Part shown: piece after piece, positions 26,251 to 40,205 of the stretch | How the letters are laid out: each line of letters opens with the position of its first letter | How positions within the stretch are numbered: position 1 is the stretch's first letter | DNA from: Eledone cirrhosa | Lineage: Eukaryota | Assembly: GCA_964016885.1 (NCBI GenBank) | Contig: OZ024742.1 | Location: 73,594,001 to 73,658,000 of the forward strand | Length of the DNA stretch: 64,000 nucleotides | Reading direction: 5' to 3' | Notes under the pieces: model-generated | What the model was told of the DNA's origin: nothing | The model's input: only the letters and a program-made list of their open reading frames with translations | Databases searched by the model: none | Program-made: the position numbers and the translations under genes

Positions 26251-26311
26251 CAAAGCTAATACTAGATGTAACCTGGAAGACATATTAGGGCAGGTGTAGG
26301 GTTAATAATGT

Positions 26312-26346
<35 letters not shown>

Positions 26347-26409
26347 GTAACAACCAGTAAACATTTAGGATTGTCACAGCCTAACATGATTCTTCATCCA
26401 CATTATTAA

Positions 26410-26598
26410 TGGTGGATTGGCAGTATCAGTAGAGGGTCGGACGCCATGCTTTCTAGCATAGTTACGTCCCTTTACGATCTGAGTTCAAATCCCGCCGAGG
26501 TTGACTTTGCCTTTCATCCTTACGGGGTCAATAAAATAAAGTACCAGTAATGCACTGGGTAATTGCTGGCCTTGTGCTTAAAGTAGAAACAATTATTA
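26410..26598 (+). mobile_element. SINE family A (full length)
   Basis: Matches the consensus and is flanked by attattaatg on both sides (TSD-like). Confidence 0.87.
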
Positions 26599-29500
26599 AT
26601 GACTGAAAGTTATTTGTTGTTTACTTATGGTTTTGAGATTTGATTATATTTGTGGTTATTTTGGTATTATTGTTTACACTTCTTGTGAGGATATATGGGT
26701 ATTGTTGTGTCTGTTTTCCTGGATATGGTCTATGAAACATAGGAACAAACCCACAGCTATCAATGAGCTGGTGTAGTAGAATAGAAATGAAAAGCAGTGT
26801 ATATATTAAACTGTATCTATTGACCACACCTTTGTAGTCAGAACTAGTGTCAGATTTTTTTTTAAGAATAAAAATAAATTTCTTTTATTTAGTCAAACAT
26901 ACAGAAAAAGAAAGCAGCTTTGGAAAGGAATATAAATGCCATAAATGAGAGGAAAAAGAAGGAAAGAGCAAGGGCTATTAGGTAATAGAAGAAAGAGGAG
27001 AGGGTGACTGGCTCTACATCTAGGTCAGAGCAGTGTTTCAGCTGCACCCCACAGACAAAATGACAAAGGCATTTCTGTGGATAATGGCCAGTGACACCGG
27101 GTGTCAGATTATTATTGTGGAAATACTTGAGGATTGTCTGTTTAGCACTAAATGTGAATTGAGATGTTATGAAGGTCAGCTATGGGTGTTACTTCTAGTT
27201 ATATGATATTAATTGAGGACTTGGTTAGCTGACCATTGAAATGTGAACATGTTGAGTTTTGTCAACTGCTCTATGTTAGTGATCTTTCAACCATGTTAAG
27301 AATTAAGCCACATGGTTTTTTTTTGTACAGTGAAAGCTGGTTTCCTGATTTCTGATCCACAACAAGGTTATGACCACAAGACTATTATTATTATAGAAGT
27401 CTTTATAAATATATTTTTGCAGCTATTCTCCTTGTTCATTGATTATTTAGATCAATGATGCACAACCTTTTTAGTAGACGGCCCACAAAAATCTGGAGGA
27501 AAGCTCACTAAACTACAAAATACGAATTTACTTTTAATTGCTTTATGCCATACAAGAGGGCAATAAATTTTGTTATAGACAACACAAAACCTTCAGTGTG
27601 GATCACTGCAGGTCCACCTGAACCCATGTTGTACCTCATTGATTTAGATTATGATGTACTCTTTATACTCTATAAGTAACTCTGCTCAGTTAAATGAATC
27701 ATTAATTTTGGGAAAATCCCTATTTTTATATATCTTTGTAATTTAATCTCATCCTACTTATTGACACAAAATATAGATTATAATATCAGTTGACACCCAC
27801 ACCACTCTTTACAATATGGTCTAATGTATGTTAAGCTCTCAGTGTGTCTATATACAATCCTGGTATTCTCATCGGTTGATCACTTTACACAAATGCACTA
27901 AATACGCTTTTTGTAACTGCTCTCCCATATGAGGGAGTGAAGGCACTTGTCTGGCTTGGTGGTTAAAGTGTTTGGCTGATAATTGCAAGGCTGTAAGTTC
28001 AATTCTCAGCTGTGTTTTGTATTTTTGAACATATTTCGTGTTAATCTCATTTAGCTGCATAAAATGAGTTAGTTGTACCTGTGGTTCAAAGTGACAGCAA
28101 TGTCGCTGAAACTACCCAAGAAATGGGTTATGAGTACACATGTCTGTGGAATGCTCAGCCACTTGCAAGTTAATTTCATGAGCAGATTGTTCTGTTGGTT
28201 AAACGATTGAATCACTTGTTGCCAAAACTGATGGGAGGTCTAACTCATATGAGGAGAGAGTGTACTCATTCAAAATACAATATATTTTAGATAGGTCTGC
28301 TGGATCAGGGCTGACTTGGACTGCACAACAGCTTATATTTGAATCTTTTCCTCACCATAATTCTAATGAAATATATTCCCTATGATTTTCAATTAATTTT
28401 CACTTATATTAAAACCTCCCTTCATAATTTTATTTAAGAAATTTTTGCTAAGTAATAATGAATTATTTAATTAAACACTTCAAAACATTTAATATACATA
28501 GGCAGTGTTCTTCATTAGAAATACAGTAACAAAAGTGTTAAGATCATACCCAGTAAATAATGTTGACAATATCATCAGTGTCCTTCATAAGAAACACAGT
28601 AAACAAAGGGGTGAATAAACCTCACATCATAATCCAGTAAATAATATTTACAGTATCACAATGATTTCTAATTTAGGCATAAGGCCAGCAATTTGGGGAG
28701 AGAGGGGAATGTTGCTTGTATACTTTATTTTATAGACCCCAGGAAAGTTGTAACTAAGTACCGTAAAACATTTTATCTGGGGCTGTATTGATCAGCAAAG
28801 TAAAATAGTGAAGAAATGGAGAGGGGGAGGAGAGATAAACAATACATCCTTGGCTGGGCAGTAGCTAACACACACACACACACATGAGCCAGTGAAGTGG
28901 CCTTTACATGGTGGTTCAGTATGCTAGAAATAACAGCCAAATCTCTCAAATCAGATGTCTTAGAGAAGGGCATTGGATAATGTCATCCTGAGTTCCCTGC
29001 AATGTATAGAATAGATTGGTTGGTCCCAGCTGGAATACCTTTGATCATAGGTTTGCTGGAGTATAGTTGACTTAGGGCTAAACAAATACAACAACCTTAG
29101 TAGGTAGCTTTGGTTGTCTCTTTCCAGGATTTTTAGCTGATTTTACAGTTCTTCTTTTTTTTAAATTCTGCTCAGTTGTTGTTATGTGATTAATAATTAG
29201 TTGGTTTCCAATAGTTTAGTTGTACAATAGTGGTTCAATTAGCACCTTTCATTGAAAATAACTTGCCCTGCTTTTCATTGAGTTAATGTTTATGGCGTTT
29301 TTATTCATTATTCTTCTATAACCAGCCAGTTCTCACTGATTTTTCTAATAGTTTTGTTTACATACTCTGATGATAGCTCATTAAACTGATGTGATGTTGA
29401 TGCTGCCCATAATAATGATAGCAATAATGGCTAAATGAAAAGCTGTTTTTATAAGTTATCTAATCACTATCATCATTATCACCTTGATAATAATAGCAGT

Positions 29501-30542
29501 AATGATGTTGGTGATAATAACAATGATAACAATAATAGTAACAACGATAATGATGTTGATAATCATAATAATAATAATAATGATGATAATAATGAATCTG
29601 GTTCTCATTCAATATATGATGGTGTTTTTTTTTTAAAGAAGACCAATGAAAAGTAATAATATTGAGTTTCCCAGTCAATTAATGTAAAGATTCCTTCATT
29701 AAGCAGAAGATAAAAGAAAAATATTGTGTAAGACACACTAAATAATTGTTTGCCAACTATTTTTACAGTTGTGCAGGTATTAGATTTAATTAAGGTATTT
29801 AACTAGCTATCATTAATGAGATTTCTCTTTTCTCAGGTGGCAAAACGGAAATGAACTTTACAGTCAAAACACATTTCTAAATAACTCTGTAATAGAGACA
29901 CATTAGCTTTACATGTTTCTCACTTGTTTGTTTAATGTTTTCATTGTTATCAATTGCTGTTTTAGTGATATTGTCATCATGTATTAGGCTCAGGGGACAT
30001 GAGTTCAAGTTCTACAGCAGATTTTTTTTTTTTTTAGTTTAACCCTTTCATTATTATATTTAAGGAAATATACTGCCTATAATTTCTAATTAATTAAAAA
30101 AATAATTATAATTTGAGGTATTTAGCAATATAACTAACTTCCTCATTATTAAATTGTTGTTTAGAACATAAGTTCAGGAAAGGTTTAAATTTAAACACGA
30201 ACATTAAAATGGTTTTTCGGCATACAAGTAAGCGTGGTTTCAGGGGGGTTTGGTCCAATATTTTAACAAACACAAAATGACAATCTTATGTACTAAGACA
30301 ATTTTTTTTACTGTTCTGTTGTCAACTCTTCCTTTTTCTGTTATTCTTAGTAACATTTGATATCAAACTAAGCTCCATAATACAATATCAGGCTCTTTAT
30401 TTTTCACTTTTCTCTGTATATACTATATAGTGCTATCTACATTTACCTACATGCAGTCTAGTGTGTCTATTTCTCTATTTGTAATGTAATGCAACACTGT
30501 CAACATGAATTGTAGCATTGCCTACAATATTTATAGATTTAT

Positions 30543-30863
30543 AGAGCATTGGCCTTGCAATCGAATGGTTGTGAGTTCAATTCTCAGACTGGGTGATGTG
30601 TTGTTTCCTTGAGCAAGACACTTTATTTCACATTGCTCCAGTTTACTCAGCTGTAGAAATGAGATGATAGGGACTGAGGTCCATATCATTCCACTGCAAA
30701 GTGTTCGTGGAGGTGCCACGGCAAAAAAAGCACCCAGCACTCACTGTAAATGAGGTTGGTGTTAGGAAGGGCATCCAGCTGTAGAAATCGAGCCAGAATC
30801 AGTTCCTGTCCCACCCTTGTAAGCAGGGAAAAAGCGGACGTAAAATGAAATGATGATGATGAT
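30543..30863 (+). mobile_element. SINE family B (slightly 5'-truncated, (GAT)n tail)
   Basis: Reverse complement of the 12033 and 19590 copies. Confidence 0.85.
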
Positions 30864-30949
30864 AAATACTTTAAAATAAAAATTGTAGAACCATTGATTT
30901 TTCTGATCCAAAGTTGAACACAGTTAAAACTAAAGAAGACATCAAGAAC

Positions 30950-31060
30950 TAATCCCGCCGAGGTTGACTTTACCTTTCATCCTTATGGGGTCGATAAAAT
31001 AAAGTACCAGTAATGCACTGGGTAATTGCTGGCCTTGTGCCTAAAGTAGAAACAATTATT
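30950..31060 (+). mobile_element. SINE family A, 5'-truncated
   Basis: aatcccgccgaggttgac...gaaacaattatt. Confidence 0.8.
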
Positions 31061-32232
31061 TATGTGTCATTATGTGGTACAAGTGAATCTAAGGAGCCAT
31101 TCTTTGAACGTAATAATGTTAATAACAAATGATATGTCAAAATAAGAAATAAGAAATAAAAAATAAAAATCCATTTCAATATTCAGCTATTATTGCAGTT
31201 GTCATAACATAGGTCAGTTTGCTATTAAGCTCTGGAGTAATCTTTTTGTTAAGGAAGATTTAGCAGTCTTAAAACCTGATCATATATGGTCTTCGTTTTG
31301 AATTAGAAGCCTTTGTTTTAAAAAGAGTAAAGTGTGAGGTGTAAACACTTTCAACTATCCCTTCATGTACAGGAAAAACATAATTATCCTTATGTGTTTC
31401 AGACATTTTTGAGTTCTCATCAAAGGATAACTAAGAATAATGTTACTATAACAATGCTATATATGTCAGACAGGTTATAGAAAATAGCAAAAATTGCCAG
31501 TTTCATTTGTATAGTGTATAGACATTTGGCTATGTAGTTGACAATAAATATGTAGTAGACAATAAATACTTATACTAGAAAACAATGCATATTTGAAAAT
31601 TTGATGGTAAATTTAATGTTGATATAACTTTTTTTTTTTTAATTAGAAGACTTTATTGTGAAAAGAATTGCAGTCAAGACTATCTTTATATTCAGAAATA
31701 ATATGTATTGAGGACTACATTCTATGTCCTTACTTTTTTAAGATTTAGCTTCTGTGTTTAGCAGCTCACACAACTCTGTAGACATGTCAGTGATTCACTC
31801 TAGAAGCAGTTGTTACCCTAATAGGGATCCACCATAGAATATCTGCTATATTTCAGAAAGAAATACAGCTGTGATATCTCACAACCACAAAATAGTTGTC
31901 AGTATTATTTGGAATAGTCTAGCTTTGTTTAGTACTCACAGTCAACTAGTTAAGTTTTCATCTAACAAATTAAGTAAATCATTTATTCACTCAAAGCATA
32001 TAATATGTCCTTTAATGAAGAGGTCATCATTGATGAGACATACTATTAGTTTTACATAGATATACAATTTTAGTACATGTTACCTGTCACTATTAGTTTT
32101 ACATGGATGGTACTATATCACTGTAGCACATAGCACCTGATTCTATTAGTTCAACACAGATGGTACATGTCACCTGTCACTTAGTTAAACATGGATGGAA
32201 CCATGTAGCTTTAGCACGTCATCTGTCTCTAT

Positions 32233-32400
32233 TTAACCCTTTAGCATTTACATAACTATATTTACTATGATATTTTCTCGATAAAGGCTTTACCTCACAT
32301 AATTATCTCATAATATCAAACAGATCTATAAGATTTTGATATTATTTAAAGGTGAGAGAATTCTGGCCAGATATGGATAGTTTAAATGCTAAAGGGTCAA
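32233..32400. mobile_element. TTAA MITE copy with internal deletion
   Basis: ttaaccctttagcattt ... aaatgctaaagggtcaa. Confidence 0.78.
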
Positions 32401-34143
32401 GGTACTGGTTAGGATTAATACATTGCCTTGCTTTTATAAAAACTGTCTGGACTTTTTTCACATCTTCCACCTATTTGGAAGAGACATATTTTAATAAGGA
32501 ATGTTTTCTTTCTGTCAAGAGCTTTCTGTTTTCATAGTAATTATTAATTATTCTATTTTTGAAAGTCACATTGTCCTCCACTTTTACCATTAAGTCCCTT
32601 ATGGCCAAATGTTGGAAATCTTACAATAAATTCATCACCATTATGTTACGCCTGATTCTTTTACTGGAATGTCTTTGATGGGTTGTCATGGTTTCAGACT
32701 AGACAAGTTGAACCACATTCCTCTCATACATTCAATTTTTAGCATGGTTTATATAATTGGATGTAAAAAATATATTGGGTGCATGTGATTGTGGGACCAG
32801 CGCTAGAGATGTTTTTATATTGTAATTCAGAAAATCTCATTATTTTACTTATTTTAACATTGTGTTGTGATTAGGGAAGTTATTAAGATGTGATACCAGT
32901 TGCAACAATAATGCTTATGTGGGCATCCAAATTTGCAGAACTATCTACCCATGCTAGAATCTAAAAATTATTTTCTAAGAAAAGAAATTTGATATAATTT
33001 CAATATACACCAAGTGATGTCTTTGAACTTAAACATAGGCTATGGTTTAGGTAATGACATAGCTAATCATGTTAAAGTTAGTTGGTATTACCTGTATAAA
33101 GATATAAAATTACAAAAACTAAACTTAATGAACTATTACTGTACATTGATCTGCTTAAAAAAAAACGTGAATCCCAAACAGATCACAAGGAACCATAGGG
33201 TTTAAATTAATTTACTTTTTATGTAAAAAGAAATAAACAAGAAACTATCCTGCATAATAAACATATCAAAAGTAACTAAAGTGATGTAGAATTAAATGTC
33301 GTGTCCAGCTGATATGCAACACATTTTGTTGTCCATTTGTTCCGATTATTTTTCTCTACTCTACATTTCTAGTTTCAGAAAATTCAATTTATAAAATGGC
33401 TAATTTATTCTTAAAAAACATTCATCATCATCACAATAAAAGAAATGTTTTAGCATTCTAATAGAATTTACTGTGGAAATAAATGAAGGGCATCTATTTA
33501 TTTGCAACTTAAGTAGTATTTATTTGAAAAGTCAATCTAATTAATCTTAGCAACAAATTATGTTCAGTTTTGAAACTGACTTTTAAAGCTGTGGAAGAGG
33601 AAAGCTTTGACAATTAAGGAGATTTTTCACTGAAGAAATCTTTCTATTTGATCTGCAGCCTTTCATTAAATTCCCCTTGATTGCAGAATTTGCATGAACA
33701 TTTGGCATGCATGTTTATTTTTTATATAATTACTTTTAAATTATTTAGTGATTTACAAGTTATATTTTACATTCAATTATGATCTACAATAAATTCATTG
33801 ATAATTGTCTTCAAATATACAATGTGAAAACAATTTGGTCCAAATTATTTACTAAATTATGTAATCTAATTCTTTTTTTCGGTATATTTTTCAATAATAG
33901 TAAATATTTATTTAATTCTTATTATATTTTTAACGTACCACTTAGTGAAATTACTTGTTTATTCTGTATATCACACTCTTATTTTTTATTGTCTTTTCCC
34001 TAATCTTTATTCTGTATACCCTCCTGTATTTTTTGTAATTCCTCCACTCTTTATTCTGCATATGTCATACCCCAACACCATAACTACTTATTCTATTTCA
34101 CATATCTTCTGTCTTTTAAGCTCTATGCACTTTTTGTTCTTTA

Positions 34144-37015
34144 TCTATATATATAAAGCTGAGGATGTGTGTGTTAAGGTTTGTAACGTATGCACGTCCA
34201 CAATTTCCAAAGGATTCTATTCAAAGTCAGCACAATTATTACTTTTGGTCAGGAGAAGGTCATGAAGCAAAACAATTTCAAATCCATCAACAATAAGGGC
34301 AAAAGTCGATCATGATCATTCCCCCTCTCTATAATTTAACTGCTTTACTCTCTCTGTCGCTCTTCACTCCCTATATGACAACACATGGAGCAGCATCCCG
34401 TATTGACATACAGCTTATCTGAGGCATTTTCAATCGGCTTATTGCAAATAACAACCCGCAAAATAACACTTCATATAACAGATTAATGCTATAGACCTAT
34501 GAATCGGAATGTAACCCGTGAACTTTTTCCTAGGCAGAATTATTCGAACAGACATGACCTCATAGCCAGAGTGTTCAGACCGAAACTGGCTAAACTCATG
34601 GCTTTAATCAAAAAGGTCAGATATTTGGGGCTGTAAAATGTGACATGTTCACCGTTGAATGGCAAAAACGAGGAGTGCCACATGCTCACATTTTGATTTG
34701 GTTAGCTGATAAAATCAATTCAAATGCCATAGACAGCTTCATTTCGGCTGAAATCCTTAACCCAGCAACTGACCAGGAATTACCTAACATGGTCCGTGTG
34801 CGTCGGATCCTAATGAGCATCACACGTGTCTGAAAGGGGGGGGGGGTCGTGCAGTAAGGGATACCCCAAAAAATTTGTTGACTAGGCTCAGACTGGTGGC
34901 GACGGGTACCCCTTGTACAGGCGGAGACGTCCCAAGAACAGTGGCTTCACCACAACAGTAAAGGGAGGTCAAGTCGACAATAGATGGGTGGTCCCCTACT
35001 GCCCGCTTCTCTTGAAGATGTTCAACGCCCACATCAACGTTGAGTTTTGCAACTCCGTCAAGTCGATAAAATACATATGCTAATATGTAAATAAGGGCTC
35101 TGATGCCACAATGTTTGCATTTCAAGCTGAAAATAGCAGGGACAAGGTCACAGAATACCTAGTGGGGCGGTACATAAGTAGCAATGAAGCCTTTTGGCGC
35201 TATTTGGTTTACCCCTACACCAATGGCACCCCGCCATCGTACAGCTTGCAGTACATTTGGAAAAAGGGTTTATTTTACGGACCAAACTGCCGCCAAGTTG
35301 GCCGCCGATCCGAAAGAGACCACTCTGACGGGTTTCTTCAAACTTTGCCAGTTCGATACATTTGCGCAAACAATTGTGTACCCCCAGGTTCTATCCTACT
35401 TTATATGGTCGAAAAACACTTGGGTGCGAAGAAAGTCAGGTCAGGCTGTTGAAAGACATCCTGGTGTAAAATTTGACAGCTGTCTTGGAAGGGTTTACAC
35501 TGTGCCCCCAAGTCAGCATGAGTGCTTTCTGCTGCATGAAGTTGTAGGCCCACAAAGGACAGCACATTCAACCTTTAAACTCCCCTTGGATTTAGTAAAA
35601 ACTGAGACACCAACATGCAATATCAGCAAGAGTTCACACAAACCTCTGGTTCTCAAAAAATGTTGCCTCATTGTTTGGGATGAGTGCACAATGGCACACA
35701 AGAGTGCCCTTGAGGCATTGGACAGGACCCTGAAAGACATCAGGGATTCTACGGCTCCTATGGGTCGCGTAACCCTTCTGCTGTCGGGATTTTCGGCAAA
35801 CGCTGCCTGTCATCCCCAAAGGGACAAGAGCTGATGAAGTGCGTGCCTGCCTTAAGTCGTCCATGTTGTGGCTCCAGGTGAAGAGTTTGTACCTGAGCAC
35901 AAAAATGCGTGCTCATTTGCATGGTGACAATATGTCTGCAGCATTTGCTCAGAACATTTTAGCACTGGTGAGGGCAAGGTCCCTGCTGATGACAAGGGCG
36001 GCATAGCAATTGACTTCCCATGCAACATTGTGAGCAGCCCTTCTGACCTTTGGGAAGCAGTTTTTCCTAATGTCTCATTTAACTTTAAAAACCTCAATTG
36101 GCTCAGCGAAAGAGCCATCCTTGCTCCGAAAAATACCATGGTTAATTTTATTAACGAGCAGCTGATTGAGAAGATTCCCGGTAAAGAGCACATCTTCAAA
36201 TCTATCGTCCGGACGTCAGACTTCGACGATATCGTTAATTATCCGGTTGAGTTATTATTCCCTTGAGCCCCCAGGGCTCCCACCTCACATTCTTAAGCTT
36301 AGGGTTGGCTGTCCCATTATGCTAATAAGGAACTTGCGTCCACCAAAGCAGTGCAACGGTACTCGCATGGTTGTCAAGTCACTGACGCCCCACTTGATTG
36401 AGGCCACCATTGTAACGGTGCGGGAGAGGGGAGAATGTTTTCATTCCAAGGATGAACCTTTTCCCCTCGGCGTCAGATATCCCGTTCGATTTCCGGCGAT
36501 CCCAATTCCCGGTAAGACCATGTTTTGCCATGTCCATTAACAAGTCACAAGGGCAAACATTGTCGGTGGCGAGCATCCATTTGGGGGAGCCATGCTTCTC
36601 CCATAGCCAACTTTATATTGCCTGTTCCCGCGTAAGGAGCAGGAATGGACTTTTTGCTTACACTCCTCAAGGGATGACACGCAATATCGTCTACAAAGAG
36701 GTGCTATAGATGTTGGTGCAGGTGTTGGAGCCATGCCGTCTGGAAAACTTGTAGGGGCACCCATCGCGGACAGATCTGACACCCAGCGGCATCAGGGCCA
36801 CCATCTTGCAACTTTGGTCTACTAAATTCGCTATTTGAAGATTATTAACCCATCATTGATTGTCCAAAATGCTAATTGGTTCGTAACTTTTAATACCGGT
36901 TCAATTGCTTTATGCACTTAATTGATAAGCTTATTCGCTTTCAAGCCACGTTTACCTGTATGAAACTTTTCATAGCAAATGAACAAACCCGAGCAACGCC
37001 GGGCTAAACTGCTAG
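34144..37015 (+). mobile_element. Helitron, internally deleted non-autonomous derivative with both termini
   Basis: Inserted between A and T. 5' end is TCTATATATATAAAG. A subterminal hairpin CCCGAGCAACGCCGGG (36988-37003) precedes the CTAG end. Contains RepHel remnants. Confidence 0.93.
34520..36709 (+). pseudogene. Frameshifted, deleted Helitron RepHel (HUH Rep plus Pif1-like SF1 helicase)
   Basis: Rep motif VEWQKRGVPHAHILIWL. Helicase motifs [54 protein letters not shown] and [13 protein letters not shown] are spread over several frames. The Walker A region is missing. Confidence 0.92.
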
Positions 37016-38533
37016 TATTTAATATTTTTAAAGTCTTAAAAATCTGAACAATTTAGTGGAGACTGCAAAATAAAGACATTTGTAAAAAGCTGCTTAATAA
37101 TTAGATTGTTGTTTGTGATTACGCTTAAGATGTAGCATTATGTAAGACACCATAGTGACGTTAGCTCTTTTCTATACACCTAAAGTATGTTACTAGACTT
37201 GTCTTACTGATTGATAGAGCTACCCAGGTGTTTTAAGGGTGGAAACGAAAATTTGTTGCAAATGTTTAATAGCTGGGTATCTTGCAGCTTAGTGGACCAA
37301 AGCAAATAAAATCATGTGACTGGTCTAAGAATACAATTTCAGCAACAGGAATTGAACTTGAAATCTATCTTTCTATTGTACCCTACCCTGACATTGTCCA
37401 TCAGAAAATCTCTGTAAAAGTTAAATTTAGAATCTTTATGGCCCATTAATTCTGTAAGAGCAACATAAAACAAAGTTGAATTGGTGTATGTAGTATTGTG
37501 TTCAGATAAGATGTATCACCTACTGTCTTTAAATTACTTGTGTTATCTTGTGCCAGCTTAGATTTAAGGCTAGACAGAGATTAAGAACTGTTATGAATTT
37601 CTAACTAAATAACAAAGAAAATATAAAGTTTATTTAATCAGATTAAGAAGAAATTGAATTACTTTTTATTTTTCTATACAGATTTTTTCTTTAAAATATT
37701 CCATAAAATGTCCTATTTTTATCATTTTCTTAGGATTGTTAAAATGTACTTTTATTATTTAAAATGGTAAAATGGAAAGCCAGCTTACATTCGAGGTGAA
37801 TATTTTGCCAATTTTCACCAATTTCAAAATTCTATGTAAATGAGGTGCTAAAATATTGTTTGCTTTGGAGGTGAATATTACACCGGTTTAACTTTCAATG
37901 TTAAATTCATTTTGATGCGTTTTGAATGAATGCCGTATACAGTAAACCCCCCCCCCCCCCCCCACACACACACGCGCACACACATCCCGAGTCAATTGAT
38001 ATTTTGACAATTACTCCCTCTTCCACTGAAAATATAGAATTTAGTTAGATCTTCAAAGATTTTATACTTTTCCTGCTCTGTGTTAAACATTTTCACACCA
38101 TACTGCCAAAAAAACTGGCTCTGATTTTAAAGGGTTCCTATTTAAATTAACATTTTTCACCGCATATATAAATTAAAAAAATATTAAGTAACTATCTTAG
38201 TGATGCTATAATAATTTTAGTAAATCCTTCAAAATTCTTTGTTAATTAATTAAAATAAAGTTCATTTCATTAGAAATCTGGTCACAAATAGGTTAATAAT
38301 ATTTAACAATTAAACTGAATGATAGTTGATAGCTGAAAACTGAAATTATATATGTATATAAAAACAAGTATTTAATATGTAGGTACCCAAGTTGTGTGTG
38401 TGGGTGGGCACTCATTACATTTGTAGTGTATAGGTATCTTTATTATATATATAGAAATGACTTCTACATTCATATCGTTTTAACCTCCTCTTTCCCTGCT
38501 AGCAAAGGCTCTCTCTCTATGTATGTATGTATG

Positions 38534-38565
<32 letters not shown>

Positions 38566-38954
38566 GGCAAAAACACTGGGAACACTGATAAGCCTGTACA
38601 TTTGAAAATAAAACAACTCCTTGTGGTATTTGTTCTTCTTGAGTTGCACAGAAACTCAACACTTTTGCCCACAACAGAAATATTGTGGCAGGTATAGGTG
38701 TCTTTTAATAACATTTTACAAAATTTATTAAGGGTTTTTTCTTCTTCATATGAGTAAAATAATTTTTGTTCCATGTGGATGGAGAGAATTGTCTACAAAA
38801 TATGAGCATTGTGAGTTTTGCAACAAAGAAAGTTTGGAAACCTCTGTTCTAGACTAAATCTAGGTCTCAACAGTAATTCTTACAATTATCTCATGCTAAT
38901 GTTCTAAATGAGTTGATCCCACTCAAAATTTGACCACGTTTGAACATTTTTTAC

Positions 38955-39187
38955 TTAACCCTTTAGCATTCACATCACATTACTCTATATATACTATTAT
39001 ATTTTCATGGTAAAGGCTTTACCTCGCATGATTATCTCACATAATATCGAATCTATGAGATTTTGAAAGTATTTATTTTGTGAACCATACCTAAACATCA
39101 GTTTCAGTGACCAGTTACAGCCAGTTTCAACAGAAAAAGGTAGAGAATTCTGGTCGGTTTGGGCCGGTTTGAACATTAAAGGGTTAA
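38955..39187. mobile_element. TTAA MITE copy
   Basis: Both TIRs and both TTAA present. Confidence 0.8.
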
Positions 39188-39577
39188 ATATCAACTAAAT
39201 ACAAAATTTTGCTCTAAGATAATTTTCCAATAATTATTATGAATATTTCAATAGTTACTTTTGCAAAGTAGATTTCATGTTCTGCTTTATGGCTTTGATT
39301 TTCAATATTTAGAAATATGCTCTGCTGTTATTTTTGTGTGGTCCAAGTCAACTCAAACTGATATGTTCTACCCATTCTTCTCTTGAGGTTTTTATATATA
39401 TTGGTGTAGCTACAAAATATTTGATCTTTATAAGTAAACTTTATATAAAAGTAGTAACTTGGTTTGTTACAGTGAATAAGATACACACTTGTTCATTGAC
39501 TCTTAGCAATAGAGGGGCTTTCAAACTGTTGATGCCTTATTGACAAAAAGCACAGGGTATTTAATTCTTTTAACTGT

Positions 39578-39806
39578 TTAACCCTTTAGCATTTACATTA
39601 CTCTATATTATACTATTTATTTTCACAGTGAAGGCTTTACCTTATATAATTATCTCATATAATATCGAATCTATGAGATTTTGATATTATTTATTTTGAG
39701 AACAATACCTTAACATCAGTATGAGCGGCCAGTTACAGCAGGTTTGAACAGAAAGAGGTGGGAGAATTCTGGCCAGATATGGCCGGTTTAAATGCTAAAG
39801 AGTTAA
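39578..39806. mobile_element. TTAA MITE copy
   Basis: Both TIRs and both TTAA present. Confidence 0.8.
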
Positions 39807-39892
39807 CTCAAGAATTGCATGAGATTTTGTAAAATAACTTCTATTAAGTTTGTTTCAAACTTAAGTTTTTACATAAAATTGTAAGAGGTTTT

Positions 39893-40205
39893 ATAATAAT
39901 AATAATAATGAAATTATTGTGTAAAGTGCTCAGGTGCACTACAACTCGTCAAAGGTGTATGTATAGTACATAGAATAATACACAAATGTCAGGGAAGTGA
40001 ATAGTGTCATGGTATACATGTGTGTATGTGTATGGAGGGGGAACATTAGCTGTAGTGTTGGCGGATCTCGGGAAGCATGGAGGCCTTAAAGGATGCAGTG
40101 TCTCGACAGCTAACAACTGATGAAGGTAGTTTGTTCCATGCTTCAGCAAAAACAGACTGTTTGTGCCACAGACACACAACCTTCTCAAGCTTGAAAACAA
40201 GGTGT
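39893..40205 (-). mobile_element. CR1/L2-like LINE 3' end with (ATT)n tail
   Basis: Minus-strand AEAWNKLPSSVVSCRDTASFKASM matches the WN.LP..VV......FK C-terminal signature, followed by a short 3' UTR and microsatellite tail. Confidence 0.65.
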
